DNA of 64,000 nucleotides from Peribolospora baueri. Taxonomy: Eukaryota. Location of the stretch: positions 62,001-126,000 of the forward strand of contig JAMDHS010000018.1 of assembly GCA_029717555.1 (NCBI GenBank). The letters run 5' to 3'. A model generated the notes under the pieces. It searched no databases and had not been told where the DNA came from. It saw nothing but the letters and a program-made list of their open reading frames with translations. Position numbers and translations under genes: made by a program. Shown here piece by piece: positions 47,901-61,108 of the stretch; within the stretch, counting starts at the first letter, position 1, and every line of letters begins with the position of its first letter.

Positions 47901-48554
47901 CCCGAACGACAAATTCGTTCAGGCCACGCAGTGCTTGTACAGCATCGCCATCATGCTCTCCACACCGCTTCAGCTCTTCCCCGCCATCCGTATCATGGAG
48001 AACGGCATTTTCAGTCTTAGCGGGAAGTTCAGGTGCGTACTGCCAACGGACCACCGCCGATCCTCAAATCCAGGTCGCGAGCCCGCAAGCAGTCCTTGCT
48101 TACCAGCTTAACAATTGGGACTCCTCTCGTCGGCAGTAACAAAGTCAAATTTGAAAAGAACGTGTTCCGTTGCTGCGTCGTCCTCCTCTGTGCCTTCGTC
48201 GCCTGGATCGGCGGTGCCGATCTCGACAAGTTCGTCTCCCTCATCGGTTCGGTCGCTTGCGTGCCTCTCGGCTTCATTTACGTAAGTTGCGGCCAGTTTT
48301 TCGGACGCGTTCGCGCGCTCATCTTCGGTTTGGCTTCCGTCTCTGCTCGCCCCATCCCTTCCCAGCCTCCACTTTTGCATCTTAAGGCAAGGGCGACAAG
48401 ACGGCTCACCAAGACGGCCGATGTTGCGCTCCTTGTCTTCGGCGTCTGCTGCCTCATCTTCACTACCAGCCAGACACTTTACCATATGTTCAATCCGGCC
48501 TCGCAGCCGCAAGAGCCAGAGGGGTCGAAGTGCAAGCCGCCGACGCCGAGGTAG
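44970..48554 (+). CDS. Vacuolar amino-acid transporter (AAAP family, Avt3/Avt4-like)
   Basis: LGGDVTSGIYKW, MRQPGGFRRNFV, SFIDFL|..YGHLGGEDLEE, LTKSFIGTGVLFLGK, FSNGGILFS, FAFEGI, PLQLFPAIRIMENGIF, DLDKFVSLIGSVACVPL. Confidence 0.92.
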
Positions 48555-48785
48555 GTGTGTCGGTGTCTCGATAAGTTATTTTGGCGTCGGCGCAACCCAT
48601 CCGGGTGTCAGGCTCTGTTAGTGGTCAGCTTTGCGTGCTTTGTATGTAGATCAGGTCATTCGTTGAGAAAGCATCACAGGCTCTAGAAATACAGTGTCAT
48701 CCCTCCATGCGCTTCAGGGCGTCCGTCTTCGCAAAGGTGCGGCGTGGCCGATCCATAACCCACGCGTCGCGATACATCAAGGCGC

Positions 48786-49714
48786 TCAACCTTCAAGCAT
48801 GCTCACGAGCGTTTCCACCACGCGTCTCTGCCGTTCCCGGGCGTGAGGGTCTCGTGTCTGGAAGAAGCAGGGAACCTCGAGCTCTTCCAGCGCGCGCTGT
48901 TGTCGCGCCACCAACGCGTCCCACCGTGCAAGAGCCGCCGCGTCAAAGGACGTCAGCTCGGAGCGCTTGGTGGCGCTGTTGGAAGGCGACGTAAATGTGC
49001 AGACAGTCAGAAGCTGTTCCGAACTCGCCGAGGAGAGGACGGCGGGGGACGTGAGGGCGCGACACTCCCACGCACCTCAAGTGCGACATGCCCACCTCTG
49101 GTCCGCCCGCAATCTGAGCTCGATCCGAGGCCAGCTGTCTTTCGAACTCGTCCTGATCCTCCTTCAGCTAGGAGACGACGTGTTCAATTCGCTCCGTCTT
49201 TCCACCGCAGGGGGGCTGTGCGAAGGATCCAAAAGCCAGGGCCTCACTGGAGAGGCTCACCTTTTCCAAAGATGCCAGAAATTTGGTGTTCGTGCTAAGA
49301 TTTCCCAAGTAGGGCAGGGCTTGAGGGAAAGTGAGGTGACGTAAGTCTCTCTTCCTGGGGTCCCTCGTTGGCGCGACGCTTGGTGGTGGAGACGAAGCTT
49401 GAATGTCAGGCAGCACGTCGGAGAGGGCCGACGAGTGGCGCCATGCCGGAGGAGATGCCCCATCCGGCGGCAGAGCTGAGAAGGTCTCCGGGTATACGGG
49501 GCGACGTGATGAACCCGAAGCGACGCTCGCAGACGTCGCAGCGGGCCTGACTTGACTCCCACCGCTTCCGCCGCCGTCTTGTTGGGCTTTAAGGAGGGCG
49601 AGCAAGCCCTTCACCCCGTGAGGATCTTCGTCGGGCTGTCTCCCCAACGCAAGTGAGCATGTTACCCCAATATCACAAAGCAGAAGCAATCTCTCGCCTC
49701 ACCTTGAAGTTCAT
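48786..49714 (-). CDS. Conserved fungal hypothetical protein (DUF2458-like)
   Basis: Spliced frame with RDLRHLTFPQALPYL, LKEDQDEFERQL, RWDALVARQQRALEELEVPCFFQT...RQRRVVETL. The family label comes from memory of the motif. Confidence 0.65.
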
Positions 49715-49885
49715 CTATGCCAAACCGGCATCCTCCAAGTCGTGGTGGTGCTCGTGTGAGCCTCATCGCGGCGGCGTGAGTGATCGCCCGATGGCGGTGC
49801 CGCAGTTTATCCTACCTCGCTCGGACTTTGTTCTTCCTTCTTCGATCATCGATGTCGGTCATCCTCCTCGCTTATCCTCCTCACA

Positions 49886-52800
49886 ATGCCGCCGTTCAAG
49901 AAGCGCAAGTCTACGACGAGGCTTCCAGTTGCGCTCCAAGAGGAGCTTGGGATTAATCTGAGTGCGTGAACTTTGACGGGCACCGATGCTTTCATGTGGC
50001 GGGGTCTCTCTCACATGAACTCATCCATGTCTCTTGTTCGTCGGTCTGGCAGGGAATCCTTCCAGGCGAAAGCCTACACATTCCAACAAACGCAAAGGCA
50101 TCGATTTGCGGAAGCGTCCTGATACTCCGAACAAGCGTGTGCGGACCTCGGTCCCGGCCGTTGACAGTGCCAAGGCACTCAACAAAACCCTTCCTGACGC
50201 TCCCTCCTCCTCCAAGGCCGCTGAAACGCCGCTCCAGCGACTGCTGCAGAAGCAAGCAGGACCAAGCCGAGATGAACAGGATGGACGGCCGGATAGAAAG
50301 GGCAAGAAGACACGACGGCAGTTGGCCACGGTTGAACAGGAGGAGGAGGACGAGATCGCCTGGCTAGAGTACAAGCTCGGCATATCTGGCAAGAAGAAGG
50401 GGAAGAAGAAGGTCGAAGACGACGTCGAAGACGATGGATTGGATGGTATGGAATCACTTCTTCTCTCAATGCTTTGAGCTTGTAGGTCGCCTATTCAAGT
50501 GCCCATGCGTTTTGGCTTTGTCTCGTTCAGATCTCCTAGAGGATCTGGATCGATTCGCGCCAGACGCCTGGAATGTCGACGGCGGCACGGACGGTGCAGA
50601 GACCGATGACAGCGCGTCTGAGGAGGAAGTATTATCGGACGACGATGAGGCGTCGGAGACGGGAAATAGTGAAAGCGGGGACGAGGCAGGGGAGGATAGC
50701 GAAATTGCGTCGTCTGAAGGCGAGGCAGAGGACGCTTCGAAGGACGGCGAGTCGGAAGTAGGGTCCGAAGGCACGGGGCATTCAGACGCGGGCGAGGAAG
50801 AGGCCGGAGTGGAAGAGAAGTCGCTTACACGCGTGGCGGACGACGAACCCGTCAACTCTGAAGAGCTGACTCGCCTGAAGCGCCAAACGCAAGGGTTGTT
50901 GAACAGGCGAGTTGGTCATGAAGGTCTATCGTGGTCGACATTTGTCCATTTCGTGACTGACTTTACCACGACGGCTGCAGGCTTGGCGAAAGCAACATGG
51001 ACAGCATCTTGTCAGAAATCGAAAAGCTTTATCGCAGTCACCGACGACACGGTAAGTCTTCCCTTCTCTTCCAGTTGTAGACTTCGACTTCTCATATCGC
51101 ATGCTCTCTTGGAACACCGTAGATGTTACTGTCAGTGTAGTGGACATCGTGCTCGAGGCTGTGTCGAGCAGATCAAGTCTCTTGGATGCCTTCGTCATTC
51201 TCCATGCTGCATTTATCGCCGGCCTGCACAAGATTCTGGGAGTGGAGTTCGGTGAGTGGTCCCGGGCGTTGTTGAACGAAAGTTTCAGTTCATGTAACGC
51301 TCTAAGTAATCATATGTTTTGATTGCGTCTATAGCGGCGCGCTTCGTGCAGACCCTCGTCGCTTTGTTCGAAGCCAACTACAAAAAGCTCCAGGCTCCCA
51401 AGCTTGACGAGACGAGGACTGCCGAAGAGGACACAGAGCCTACTGGCAGCAAGGAATGCATGAACCTTATCGTGCTGATCTCTGAGCTGTATAACTTCCA
51501 GGTCGTTTCGTGCATCTTGATATACGACATGGTCAAGAAGTTGCTGGACAGCGAGCTGACGGAGCCTGATGTGGAAATCCTGCTGAAGGTCATCAGAGGT
51601 AAGTAGAGACTGACGAATGATTTGGCATCGTTCTCGTTACTGAGCCTTCTGTCGTCTGCTTCTTGCAACAGCATCTGGGCAGCAGCTCCGGCATGATGAT
51701 CCCTCTTCCCTGAAAGAGATCGTCGATCTCGTGCAGGTCAAAGTCAAAGCTTTGGATCAGACAAAGATCAAGTACGTGTGAACAATGTCCTGAATGCTCA
51801 ACATGTCCTTTAGTCCTCATCCTATGTGTCACGGTCCTTCTCCTGCAGCTCTCGAACGAGGTTCATGATCGAGATGATGAACGATCTGAAGAACAACCGT
51901 ATCAAGGCCATTGGCGGGAGGCAGTCGGCTGTGGAGGCCACCGCGAGGGTGAAGAAGTTTTTGTCCGGCTTGGAAAAGCGACATACGGGTAAGCAGACCA
52001 TAGACACCCAGAATCCCTTAGGTTGCCTGCTCAAGTCATCCTTTGCGTTCGGCTTCTAGTGAAGGCGCACGAGCCACTGCGCATATCGCTGGAGGACTTG
52101 CGCACAGCGTCTACAAAGGGCAAGTGGTGGCTGGTCGGAGCAGCCTGGAAAGGCCATGGCGATTCAAGTGCGCCAGAGAATGCGCCAGAGAATGTTGGGA
52201 CGGCAAAGGTGGTCAAAGAGCATTCAGACGATGCGCTCCTCAGGCTCGCCCGGGCCCAAGGTATGAACACCGACATCCGCCGGAGCATCTTCGTCGTCCT
52301 AATGAGCAGCGAGGTGAGTATGATTTCAAGGGCATACTCCAAAGATTCAAGGCTTCGGCGCTGAAGCAGTTTCTTCCGCATCGGCAGGACTATGTTCATG
52401 CCTCGCAGCGCCTCTTGCAGCTCAAGCTGAGCGACGTCCAACGTCGTGAGATCATTCGTGTGCTGTTGCACTGCTGCGGAAATGTAAGATTGTCTGTCCG
52501 TCGACCGCTGCTTCTTGGCCAAACGCTAATCACTGTTGACGTCGGCCTGTAGGAAAAGGTCTACAACCCATATTACGCTTTGGTTGGCCATCAGCTTTGC
52601 GACCACTCGCACGCATTCCGCGTTACTCTGCAATACTGTCTGTGGGACTTTTTGCGGGAATTGGGGGAAAGTGATGCCGGCGGTCTGGAGTTACAGAAAA
52701 GTCTGGGGGCCAGCGGCGTGGCGGACGGCAGTCATGTGTCCTTTCCACGGCTGAAGAATACGGCTCGAGCATACTCGTGGTGGATAGCGAAGGGCAGCTT

Positions 52801-53216
52801 GAGCCTGACAGTCCTCAAAGTTAGTGAGCGTTGATCTATGTTTGATTTGGTCCGCGATACCGTATAGTGACAGCTTTTTTCCTTGATATACCCAGACCCT
52901 TAACTTTCTGGAGCTGCAGCAAAAGACGATTTCTTTCCTTCGACGCCTTCTTGCCCATCTGCTCCTTGACCTTCAACCCCTCTCCGCCGGCTCTCGGCCT
53001 ATAGGATCGCAGAAGGCTCGCGAAGCCATCGAGCGGCTGTTCGTCAAGGTGGTCGGTAACCCGTCCCTCACTCACGGGCTGCTCTATTTCACCCAGACCA
53101 CTCTCCGCGACGAGGACGCGGGACAGGATCACTCGTCTCAAAAAGCCCTTGCGTGGGGTAAAGAGGTCGTGAAAGAGACTCTTAAAGTGGGTAGCAGTGT
53201 CGCCAAGGACTTGTAA
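49886..53216 (+). CDS. SGD1: Nucleolar MIF4G + MA3 domain protein (Sgd1/NOM1)
   Basis: EDEIAWLEYKLG, QTQGLLNR|LGESN, NLIVLISELYNFQVV, GQQLRHDDP, RFMIEMMNDLKNN, KGKWWLVGAAWKG, LARAQGMNTDIRRSIFVVLMSSE|DY, YNPYY. Confidence 0.92.
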
Positions 53217-53220
53217 TCGA

Positions 53221-54269
53221 TCAATTCGCTGTGGGAGGCAAATCATCTTTTGGCGCTCTCTTAGAGAATATCACTGTGCACACAGTCGAGCCCTTTGAAC
53301 CCCCGAACGAGAAAGTAGGATGCTCTATGCGTCCCGACCAATGCAGTCCTGGGGGAAGGCGGATTGGGAAATCAAGTACGAATCATATAGTTTCAGTCCC
53401 GTGTTCATCTTTAGGCCGGGTTAAGGTGTGCCAGAAAACCATATGGGCGCTCACCAGCAGCCTGGAAACGCGTTTTCAGCTCATCCTCAGTGAAGTTACA
53501 TGACGTGATACAAAACTTGCCAGTCGGACTGAGGAGCTCATGGATCTTGACTGGGTAGAGCTCAACGGGAAGTCGTCCGTCGACAGGGTGGCTGCTGAGG
53601 GCCATGGCGTCAAAAGTACCCTTGTCCAGGATCAAGTCGTACGCACATTTCGAACCACTTTCTGGGGCGCTCCGCAAGACGTCGAGAACATCCCATGAGA
53701 TACCGGCTATGCCTCGAGACACGGCGATGGCGCTGGCAAGCTTGATCGAGGGTGAAGAATAGTCGACGCCACGCATCTTGCTAGGCGGAAAGCCTGCGTC
53801 GACGAGTGCAAAGAGCAGATGCCCGTTTCCTGTCCCCATGTCAAGAATGGAGGGAGCGTGCTCCAGCTCTGGCGAGAAGTTGTCGGCCACCCAATCCACC
53901 ATCTTCTCTACGGAAGACTCGCCGAACCTATGAAGAAGCGAGGAGAAGACGCGTCAGCCAACGGCAGCCACACAGGTATCATGACGAGCTCACCAAACTT
54001 CGCCCTCGTCTCCTATATCCTCAAAGTTTTCCACTTCTCGCCTGAAGCAGCACGAAGAACAGAGCGCCTTGTTTTAAGTCGCCCATTGCAAGACCCTACA
54101 GCTCAGCAATCGACTCACCCGTACACATCGTCCCAACTGTCCGAGGTTAATCCAAAGAGCATGGCTCAGAGATGACAAAGATTGCAGAAAAGCTAGATAC
54201 TCCAAAAGAGTGAACAACTCACTACTCCTTCGTCCCCAGACGGGACTCTGGCAGAGCTTGTTCGGCCAT
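53221..54269 (-). CDS. EFM4: Protein-lysine N-methyltransferase Efm4/See1 (EEF1AKMT2/METTL10-like)
   Basis: SRLGTKE|.WDDVY, DIGDEGEVWFGE, ILDMGTGNGHLL, GVDYS, LDKGTFDA, ITSCNFTEDEL, HPTFSFGGSKGSTV. Confidence 0.92.
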
Positions 54270-54468
54270 TAGGACAAGGTGGAAGGAAAGACGATAACTC
54301 AGGTGCTCGCAAACAGTTCATGACGTTTCTTGGCTGCGGCGGCGCCGATCACGTCGAGAGCTACTAACACCTCCGTACTCGCTGTTTAGGTCTACCAACG
54401 ACGACGAGGCCGACAACAGTGTCGCCGGAAAGTGTCGATCCCGGCTTTCGATCGGCGAGCTGTTTGCC

Positions 54469-57400
54469 ATGCACACCGCCTTCCAAGCCGCCCCCATACT
54501 GGAGGGCTTCAAGGAGAAGATCGAGGCCGTGTTTGTAGACGGTGAGCAGCAGGACGGAACGTAGCCGACGTGTCTGTTCGAGGAGTGTCGACTGTCGCTG
54601 AAAATGAAAGGGACTTGTCCTTCACAACAGACGATCGTCTCTATCTTGGCAGCGCCAATGGCTCCCTTCACGTCTATAAGTTATGCACTTCGGAAGGCGA
54701 GAGCATATAGACAGTTCATTTGAGCCTTTGTGGAGATGCTAAGCCAGCATTCATTCCTCTCTTCTTTACGGCGGCTACCAGATGGTTCGACTTTTCGCTC
54801 AGAGCTGGTCGAGGTAAAGAAGGACTTTTCTCGAAGGGCAGTTGAGCATCTGTCTGTCATTCCCGAGATCAAGAGTTTGGTTTCTCTCTCCGGTAAGCAC
54901 GCCGGCCCTGCCGTCGCCCGCCGCTCAGGTTAAGGAGCTGACCGTGTGGATACGCTTCGCAGATGGATACGTCAGTCTCCATGACATCCACACGCTGAAG
55001 CTCCAATCACAGCTGGCGCAGACAAAAGGCGCACTTTCCTTTGCCGTCGACACCTCGGTCCAGACGTATCTCGCCGACGGTACGTACAAGGTCGAACGTC
55101 CGACGTCTCAAGTCTTTAGCGACATCGACGCGAAGGCACGACAGGAAAAGGACATGCAGTCTACTTCTACTGCCGAGGAAGCAAGCGGTCCGGCTCTCGT
55201 GACTGCGTTGGCTGTCGGGTGCCGGAAAAAGGCAGTATTGTTTCGATGGCGAGACGGCGAGTTTGAAGATGTTAAGGTGCGATGGTTCTGCTTGTTTGAT
55301 GAGGAAATTGCGCACCTCGGGATTCCGATCGAGCTCATCGTGTCAAGCTGACGTCGCGTTCGTTCGGTGCATTTATTTGCAGGAAATCGTCCTCGCCCAT
55401 TCCCCGAGGTCCCTCGCGTTTCCCAGCTCTCACTCGCTCTTCGTGGGATTCAACCCTTCTGATTACGCCATCATTACCTTTTCCTCCTCGAAAGGAGGAG
55501 GAACACGCGCTCGAGCACCAACGTTATCACCTGATCAAGAAGGAGGTTACCAAGTGTCTGAAATCTCGGTGCCCTCTATCGCAAGCGGTTCGGTTCTGCC
55601 TGCCGCCGGTAGCTTGGGCGCGCTATCTGGACTTGGCGGCTTGGGGGGATACATGACGCTCGGTATTAGAAAGGCCGCTAAACCGGTCGTGGTCAAAGTG
55701 GATGGGGAAGAAGTGCTTGTTGGCAAGGACAGTGAGTGCATACATTTTATCACGACGTCAGAACAATGCCTGACGACTGCAAATTACGTTGCAGACATGG
55801 GGGTTTTCCTCGGCCCCGATGGGAAGCCGGCAAGGCGAGAAGGTCTTAACTGGCCAGCCATTCCAGAAGAAGTCGGTGAGTATGAGCAGCAGGCTTTCCG
55901 CTCTTCTCCTTACTCGAGTTAGGCTGATTTATTGCCGCGCCTGAGGCGCTATTTAGCTTTTGCTCGCCCTTACGTCTTCGCCGTACTTCCTGCCGGAGTC
56001 AGTGTGGGAGACGAGCCGGTCCAGAAGGATTCAAACCCGCTGCCGCTGTTACAGATCCGATCTTCTAGCACGTTAGTCGCTGTACAGACCATTCCTTTCC
56101 CGCCAACGACATCGGAACCGGGTGATACAGCCCCGACATCTCCGCCGCTCGTACGCCTCATCACGCCTTCGCCGTCTTCAAAGCCGCCGGTGTACGTTAC
56201 CGTGACACCGACGGATCGCTCACGCACCGAGGGCACGACCGTCTGGAGACTGGAGATGAAATCGTGGGGTCAGCAGATTGACGAGCTGGTCGAGAAGGGG
56301 GAGTTTGAAGAAGCTCTGTCCCTTCTGGATACTGTAGACAAAGTCGTATTGGAAGACAAGGTCAGGTGGTTCCGCTTAGGCAAGGACTGCTCTTGGTTGT
56401 ATCGCTGACTTCATTGCACTCTTGATACAGGACGAGCGCAGGAGGAGTGTCTTAGCCTTACACGCCGTGTCACTGTTCTCGCTCAAAAAATTTGACGACG
56501 CCATCGACATCTTTATAGAGCTGAATATCAATCCGGCCAAGGTTATCTCACTTTTCCCGGAGGAGATCTCCGGGCCCTTAGCTACGGACCGTGACGACTG
56601 GTTTGAGGCTTTTGGCCGGAGAGGTCGTCGCCCACCCAAAAGCGAGCTCAACACTGCGGACGAGCCTGCAGACGCTTCTCAACGTACGGACGAAGACTTC
56701 CGTCGCTCAGTGGATACCCTCACGCGCTTCCTTACCGACAGACGCCGGATCTACGCTCCGATCTTGGAAATCCATCCATCGGCGCCCTCCTCGTCGACGT
56801 CTGCAACACGCAAGCGATCGCCTCGAGACCTTCTCGATATCCCATCGCAGCCATTAGAGACGCTAGACGCCGAACGTCTCTTTGATCTGGCCATGTGTGC
56901 TGATACCGCACTTTTCAAGGCATATGTCGCAATCAAACCGGCTCTCTTGGGGCCCCTGTGCCGACTCATCAATTGGTGTGATGTTCAGCAAGTCGAAGAG
57001 ATCCTCATGGCAAAGAAGGTGTGCCGGAAGAGCGCACTCGGAGATTCTCTAGTGATCTTTCGTCTAAAACTATCGATTTTCTGCTGCAGAAACATCAAGA
57101 GCTACTGGACCTTTACCACGGGAAAAACATGCACAACGAAGCCTTGCGACTTCTGCGCAGGTGAGCCTTCCTGGAGCCTCTGGGTAGAGCGTCGGATGTT
57201 CATCCTGGATTGTTCGTCTTGTAGACTCAGTGATGACGAGCCCGAGCCGGAGGACAAAGTGGAGCCGACAGTCCGATACCTTCAAAAGCTGGGGGCCGGG
57301 TACTTGAGCTTGATCTTTGAGACGTCGTCTTGGGTTTTTGAGACATACAAGCCGGCAGGCCTTGAGGTGAGCCAGTTACACTTGCTCCATCAAATCAGTA

Positions 57401-58677
57401 AGGCGTGTGGCATTGACAGGCCAGCACAAATGCTTTGGCCTACAGATATTCACTGCCGACCTGGAAGAAGTGGAGTCGTGGCCAAGAAGGGACGTAGCAC
57501 AGTTCCTTGAACAGTCGGATCGAGGTCTGGCCATTGGCTTCCTAGAGCACGTAATCCATACCCTTGGCGATGCGAGTCCGGATTTCCATGAAAAACTCGT
57601 ATTGTTGTATCTTCAAGAGGTTCAAGAGCTTCAGCGAGGCAGCGGAAGTTTGGGTACGTTCAACCTCATTTGTTATCGTTGGCGCAGGCTCCACCGCTAA
57701 ATTTCTCGGTTGCGTTTTTCAATTTCCTCGATCATCTCGCAGCTGCGACCGCGGAACAGATCTACTCGCGCCTCCTGCGGTTCTTGGATTCGTCTGACCA
57801 GTATCGGGCTGATCGCTTGCTGGCGCGTGTGCCTCAAGAAGGTGAGCCCCTGCGGCCGTGATACAACCAGTGCTTCTGCTCAATCTATCTTGTCCGTTTC
57901 TCCACCTTCCAGACATGTTTGAGGTTCGAGCACATCTCCTTGGCCGTTTAGGTCAACATGAAGCTGCATTGCAGATTTACGTTCACCGCCTTCAAGATTA
58001 TCAGCTTGCCGAAGAGTGAGCTGCATCCTGCTACGCAAAGGGCCAGCAAACAGACGATTCACTCTCCTTTCCCCCCCCCCTCTTTTTTTTCCGGTTTGCC
58101 AGGTACTGCAAGAAAGCGTACAAGGAAGATATGCCGGAGAGCTCCAACCCTTTCTTCCTTCTCTTACGGATCTACTTGCGTCCCCGGTCAGGGTCGCCGT
58201 CTCTTTTAGCACCTGCACTCCACCTGGTCACGAAACATGGCAGCAGAATGCCCGCGATCAACACACTCGACATGCTCCCCGAGATGGCTACTTTGAGGGA
58301 GGTGGACAAGTTTCTGGACAAGATGATTCGCGACACCACTGCTAAGCGACGGGACGCAAGAGTGTTAAAAGAGGTGGTGAGAGCTAGGTCGGACCAAGTG
58401 GAGCGAACCCTGATGGCCCTACATCAGCGGAGAGTGAAGGTCACCGAGAGCAGAACGTGAGCAAAAGGACCTGTTGTCATTTCAGTGCCCTGACAAGGTT
58501 CACTGACCTCCCTCCCTCCTTGAAATCGTTCTCAGATGTCCTCGTTGTCACAAGCGCCTCGGAAACAGCGTCATCGCAGTCACTGCCGAGGGCGAAGTCC
58601 AGCACTTTTACTGTTCGATCGCGTCCAGCAGTGGTGAACGACCTGTAGCCAGGATCGCGGACGGTTCTTGGCTATGA
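54469..58677 (+). CDS. VPS39: HOPS subunit Vps39/Vam6 (CNH + clathrin-repeat + Vps39_1/2 domains)
   Basis: N-terminal CNH-like region, QQIDELVEKGEFEEALSL, NPAKVISLFP, DTALFKAY...LGPLCRLINWC, LLGRLGQHEAALQIYV, C-terminal CPRCHKRLGNSVI. Confidence 0.92.
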
Positions 58678-59034
58678 GTCGCGAGTGGACCGTTGCCCGG
58701 GCTAGACAAGTACTGCCTGTACATAACCCAAACTTGACATGAGATACCACCTGCTGAATTTAATGCTGTTTTCTCAAACCAAGGGCTGGGCTCTTTTGAA
58801 AGCTCCACCACCTTGATTTATGTGCTTTCCTTTCACATCCGATTCTTTTCTCGAAGAAGAACTTGACTGGAACAAACGTTACAGATTTGGAGGGCGCTTT
58901 CGACCGGGTATGTCGTAGGCAGGACGACACGAGAGCGCTCGCTACTCTGTCTTAGCGACGCGGATGGTCCCAGACGGCCCCTATCCGTCCGAGCCTCGTC
59001 GCCGCCCAGTGGAGATGGCGAACCTGCCTGCGAC

Positions 59035-60120
59035 TCAGCGCAACTGAGGATCCGAATGCTTCTCGCCTCCCTGCAGTTCGTACCCTTTGCCGCGATACTC
59101 CTTACCCCAGACACCGTACCTTCCTGGCTGCAAGATGCCGTTCGGATCGAGGGCATCCTTGATCTGCTCGTGCAGTTGCCACAGACGGCCTCCTCCCCAA
59201 TTGTAGAGCTTGCTGATTTGATCCTGTTGTGGAGGGCCGACCGATGAAAAGGAGTAGCAAAAGGGAACATGATGTGCGGGCATAGGGAAGCGAGTATGGG
59301 TTAACCAATCGTTCACCACAACACCGAGGCGGAGCGTCCAAGCCTTGAAGAAAAGCAAAGGAATGCCCTCCTCGAGGCCACCCGAGACTCACTTGGCAGG
59401 CAATGTGAGTTCTGTACTCTCCATAGCCGAGCTTGGCCGCCTCGTCGATCATCTCGCGAAGACAGGTCAACGGCCTCTCCTTTTCGGCAGGATCGTTCCT
59501 GTTGAACAGGATGGTGACAATGTGATGACCTTCGCGCGGTCCAATGTCTGTATGTGAGACGAACGTTCAGAAGCTGCAGAGGTTAATCGGATTAAGGGGT
59601 CCAAGGAGAGTATGATCAGCATTGAACCGTACACCGCCGACGTTTCAATATGGGGAAGTGGCACGATCAAACTCACAGAAGGTGGAAAAATTGTCAAACC
59701 CATACTTATGCATAATTCTCTTAGCGATATCAACCTGGCTCCGAGCGTCCTTGCCCGTGACCGGAGATATGGGCGAGAAGAACAGGTGGCCTGTACGGTT
59801 GTCCTGCGCGAGCGTCTTGGCGTCGTCGCCGCCTTCGTCAAGCCAGCGGAGCCACTCCAGCTCGCGGAAGGTGGGCACTCCTGCAAACACGAGACTGCGA
59901 TCATGAAGGTAGGACCAGAACGGCACTGTCCGTTCGATAAATGTATAATGAAACACGCGCAAGCTCTTCAGACATGTGTCGCGACGGACGAGGAATTCTC
60001 AAGATGGAGGCGAGTGGAAGATTGCTGACGACCGATCTCACCTTGGTCGCGCGTGTAGATCTTCGCGCCAGGGACTTTGGAGTACTCCGCTTTGACTATT
60101 TCGAAGGTGGGTGCTTTTCG
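59035..60120 (-). pseudogene. 5'-truncated vanillyl-alcohol oxidase (VAO/PCMH flavoprotein) gene remnant, C-terminal part only
   Basis: Four in-phase exons give FEIVKAEYSKVPGAKIY...AGVPTFRELEW...HLFFSPISPVTG...GPREGHHIV...GYGEYRTH...KDALDPNGILQPGRYGVW. No N-terminal FAD-binding exons could be found upstream. Confidence 0.7.
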
Positions 60121-61108
60121 CTTCTACTCCGTCGCGCGTCTTGCGCCTCACGCTCCTTACCGACTTGCAACCTTGCGCTCGAATGGCCTCATGACCCCAA
60201 CGACTTACGAACAGTCACGAATCACGACGGATGGTCAGTAACAGGTGGATGATCAGGGTTAGCAGTCTTTCCGTGATTTGATTATGGCTTCAATTGACGA
60301 CCTTACCGCTCGAGTGGTACTCGCGACTTAGGTGGAGGAGGATGTCGTCATCGACGGTGGACAAACCGTGGGAATTTGGCCCGACTGCGCCCCAGACCCC
60401 TATGTACTACCATTGCGCCCACGCTCCCTCTGGAGGAATACCACCACGACTTACTCACAGCTATAAGTCAAATCACACTGGTCTGCAGATACGGAGAGGA
60501 GGATGGCGAATGCGAATCGCGCACGGGCCACACTCCGCCGCAACCGGCAAGGCCATTATCGCGACGACGTGCATCCGACGGCTTCCTTTACGCTTTCATC
60601 ACGACTACAGCTCGCAAGACTCTACTGAAGCGCTCCTTTGCGAGAGGCTCACTCAACGACCGCTGAAGCCGATAACGAGGACGCGCTTCTGGACACACCT
60701 CGTCTGTCAGTTTGTTATTGCACCCCAAGGTCCTCTCACCTTTGTCTCGAAAACAGGGGCCACGTTCGCCGGACGACAGCTTAAAAGAAGGGCCTGTCGG
60801 GCGTGCTCGTTGTTATATCCGTTCTTCCCTCTTCCATCTTTCTCACACCTCAGCAACCTCGCTCTCTCACTCCCTGTCCTCTCGCGTATTAATCCGAGTT
60901 CCCGCTCTTTTTTCTACCTTTTCTTTGTTCTCATCTTTCAAAACATGCCTGTCTCGACCCTCGACATCCCCACATCAACATTCGGTCGCATCTGAAGATC
61001 GTCGAAGACGCCCTCGAGCAGGCCCGTATGGAGTCTCTTCTCCAAAACTCCATCACCAGTCTCATACGTCGTGGCAGCTCCGCTTCGCGTCGCAGCGTTG
61101 CCTCGCAG

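Noticed and set aside
60294..60995. 233-aa ORF upstream of the inverted repeat
   Set aside because: Non-ATG start, runs through a CT-rich promoter-like tract, and has no domain signal.
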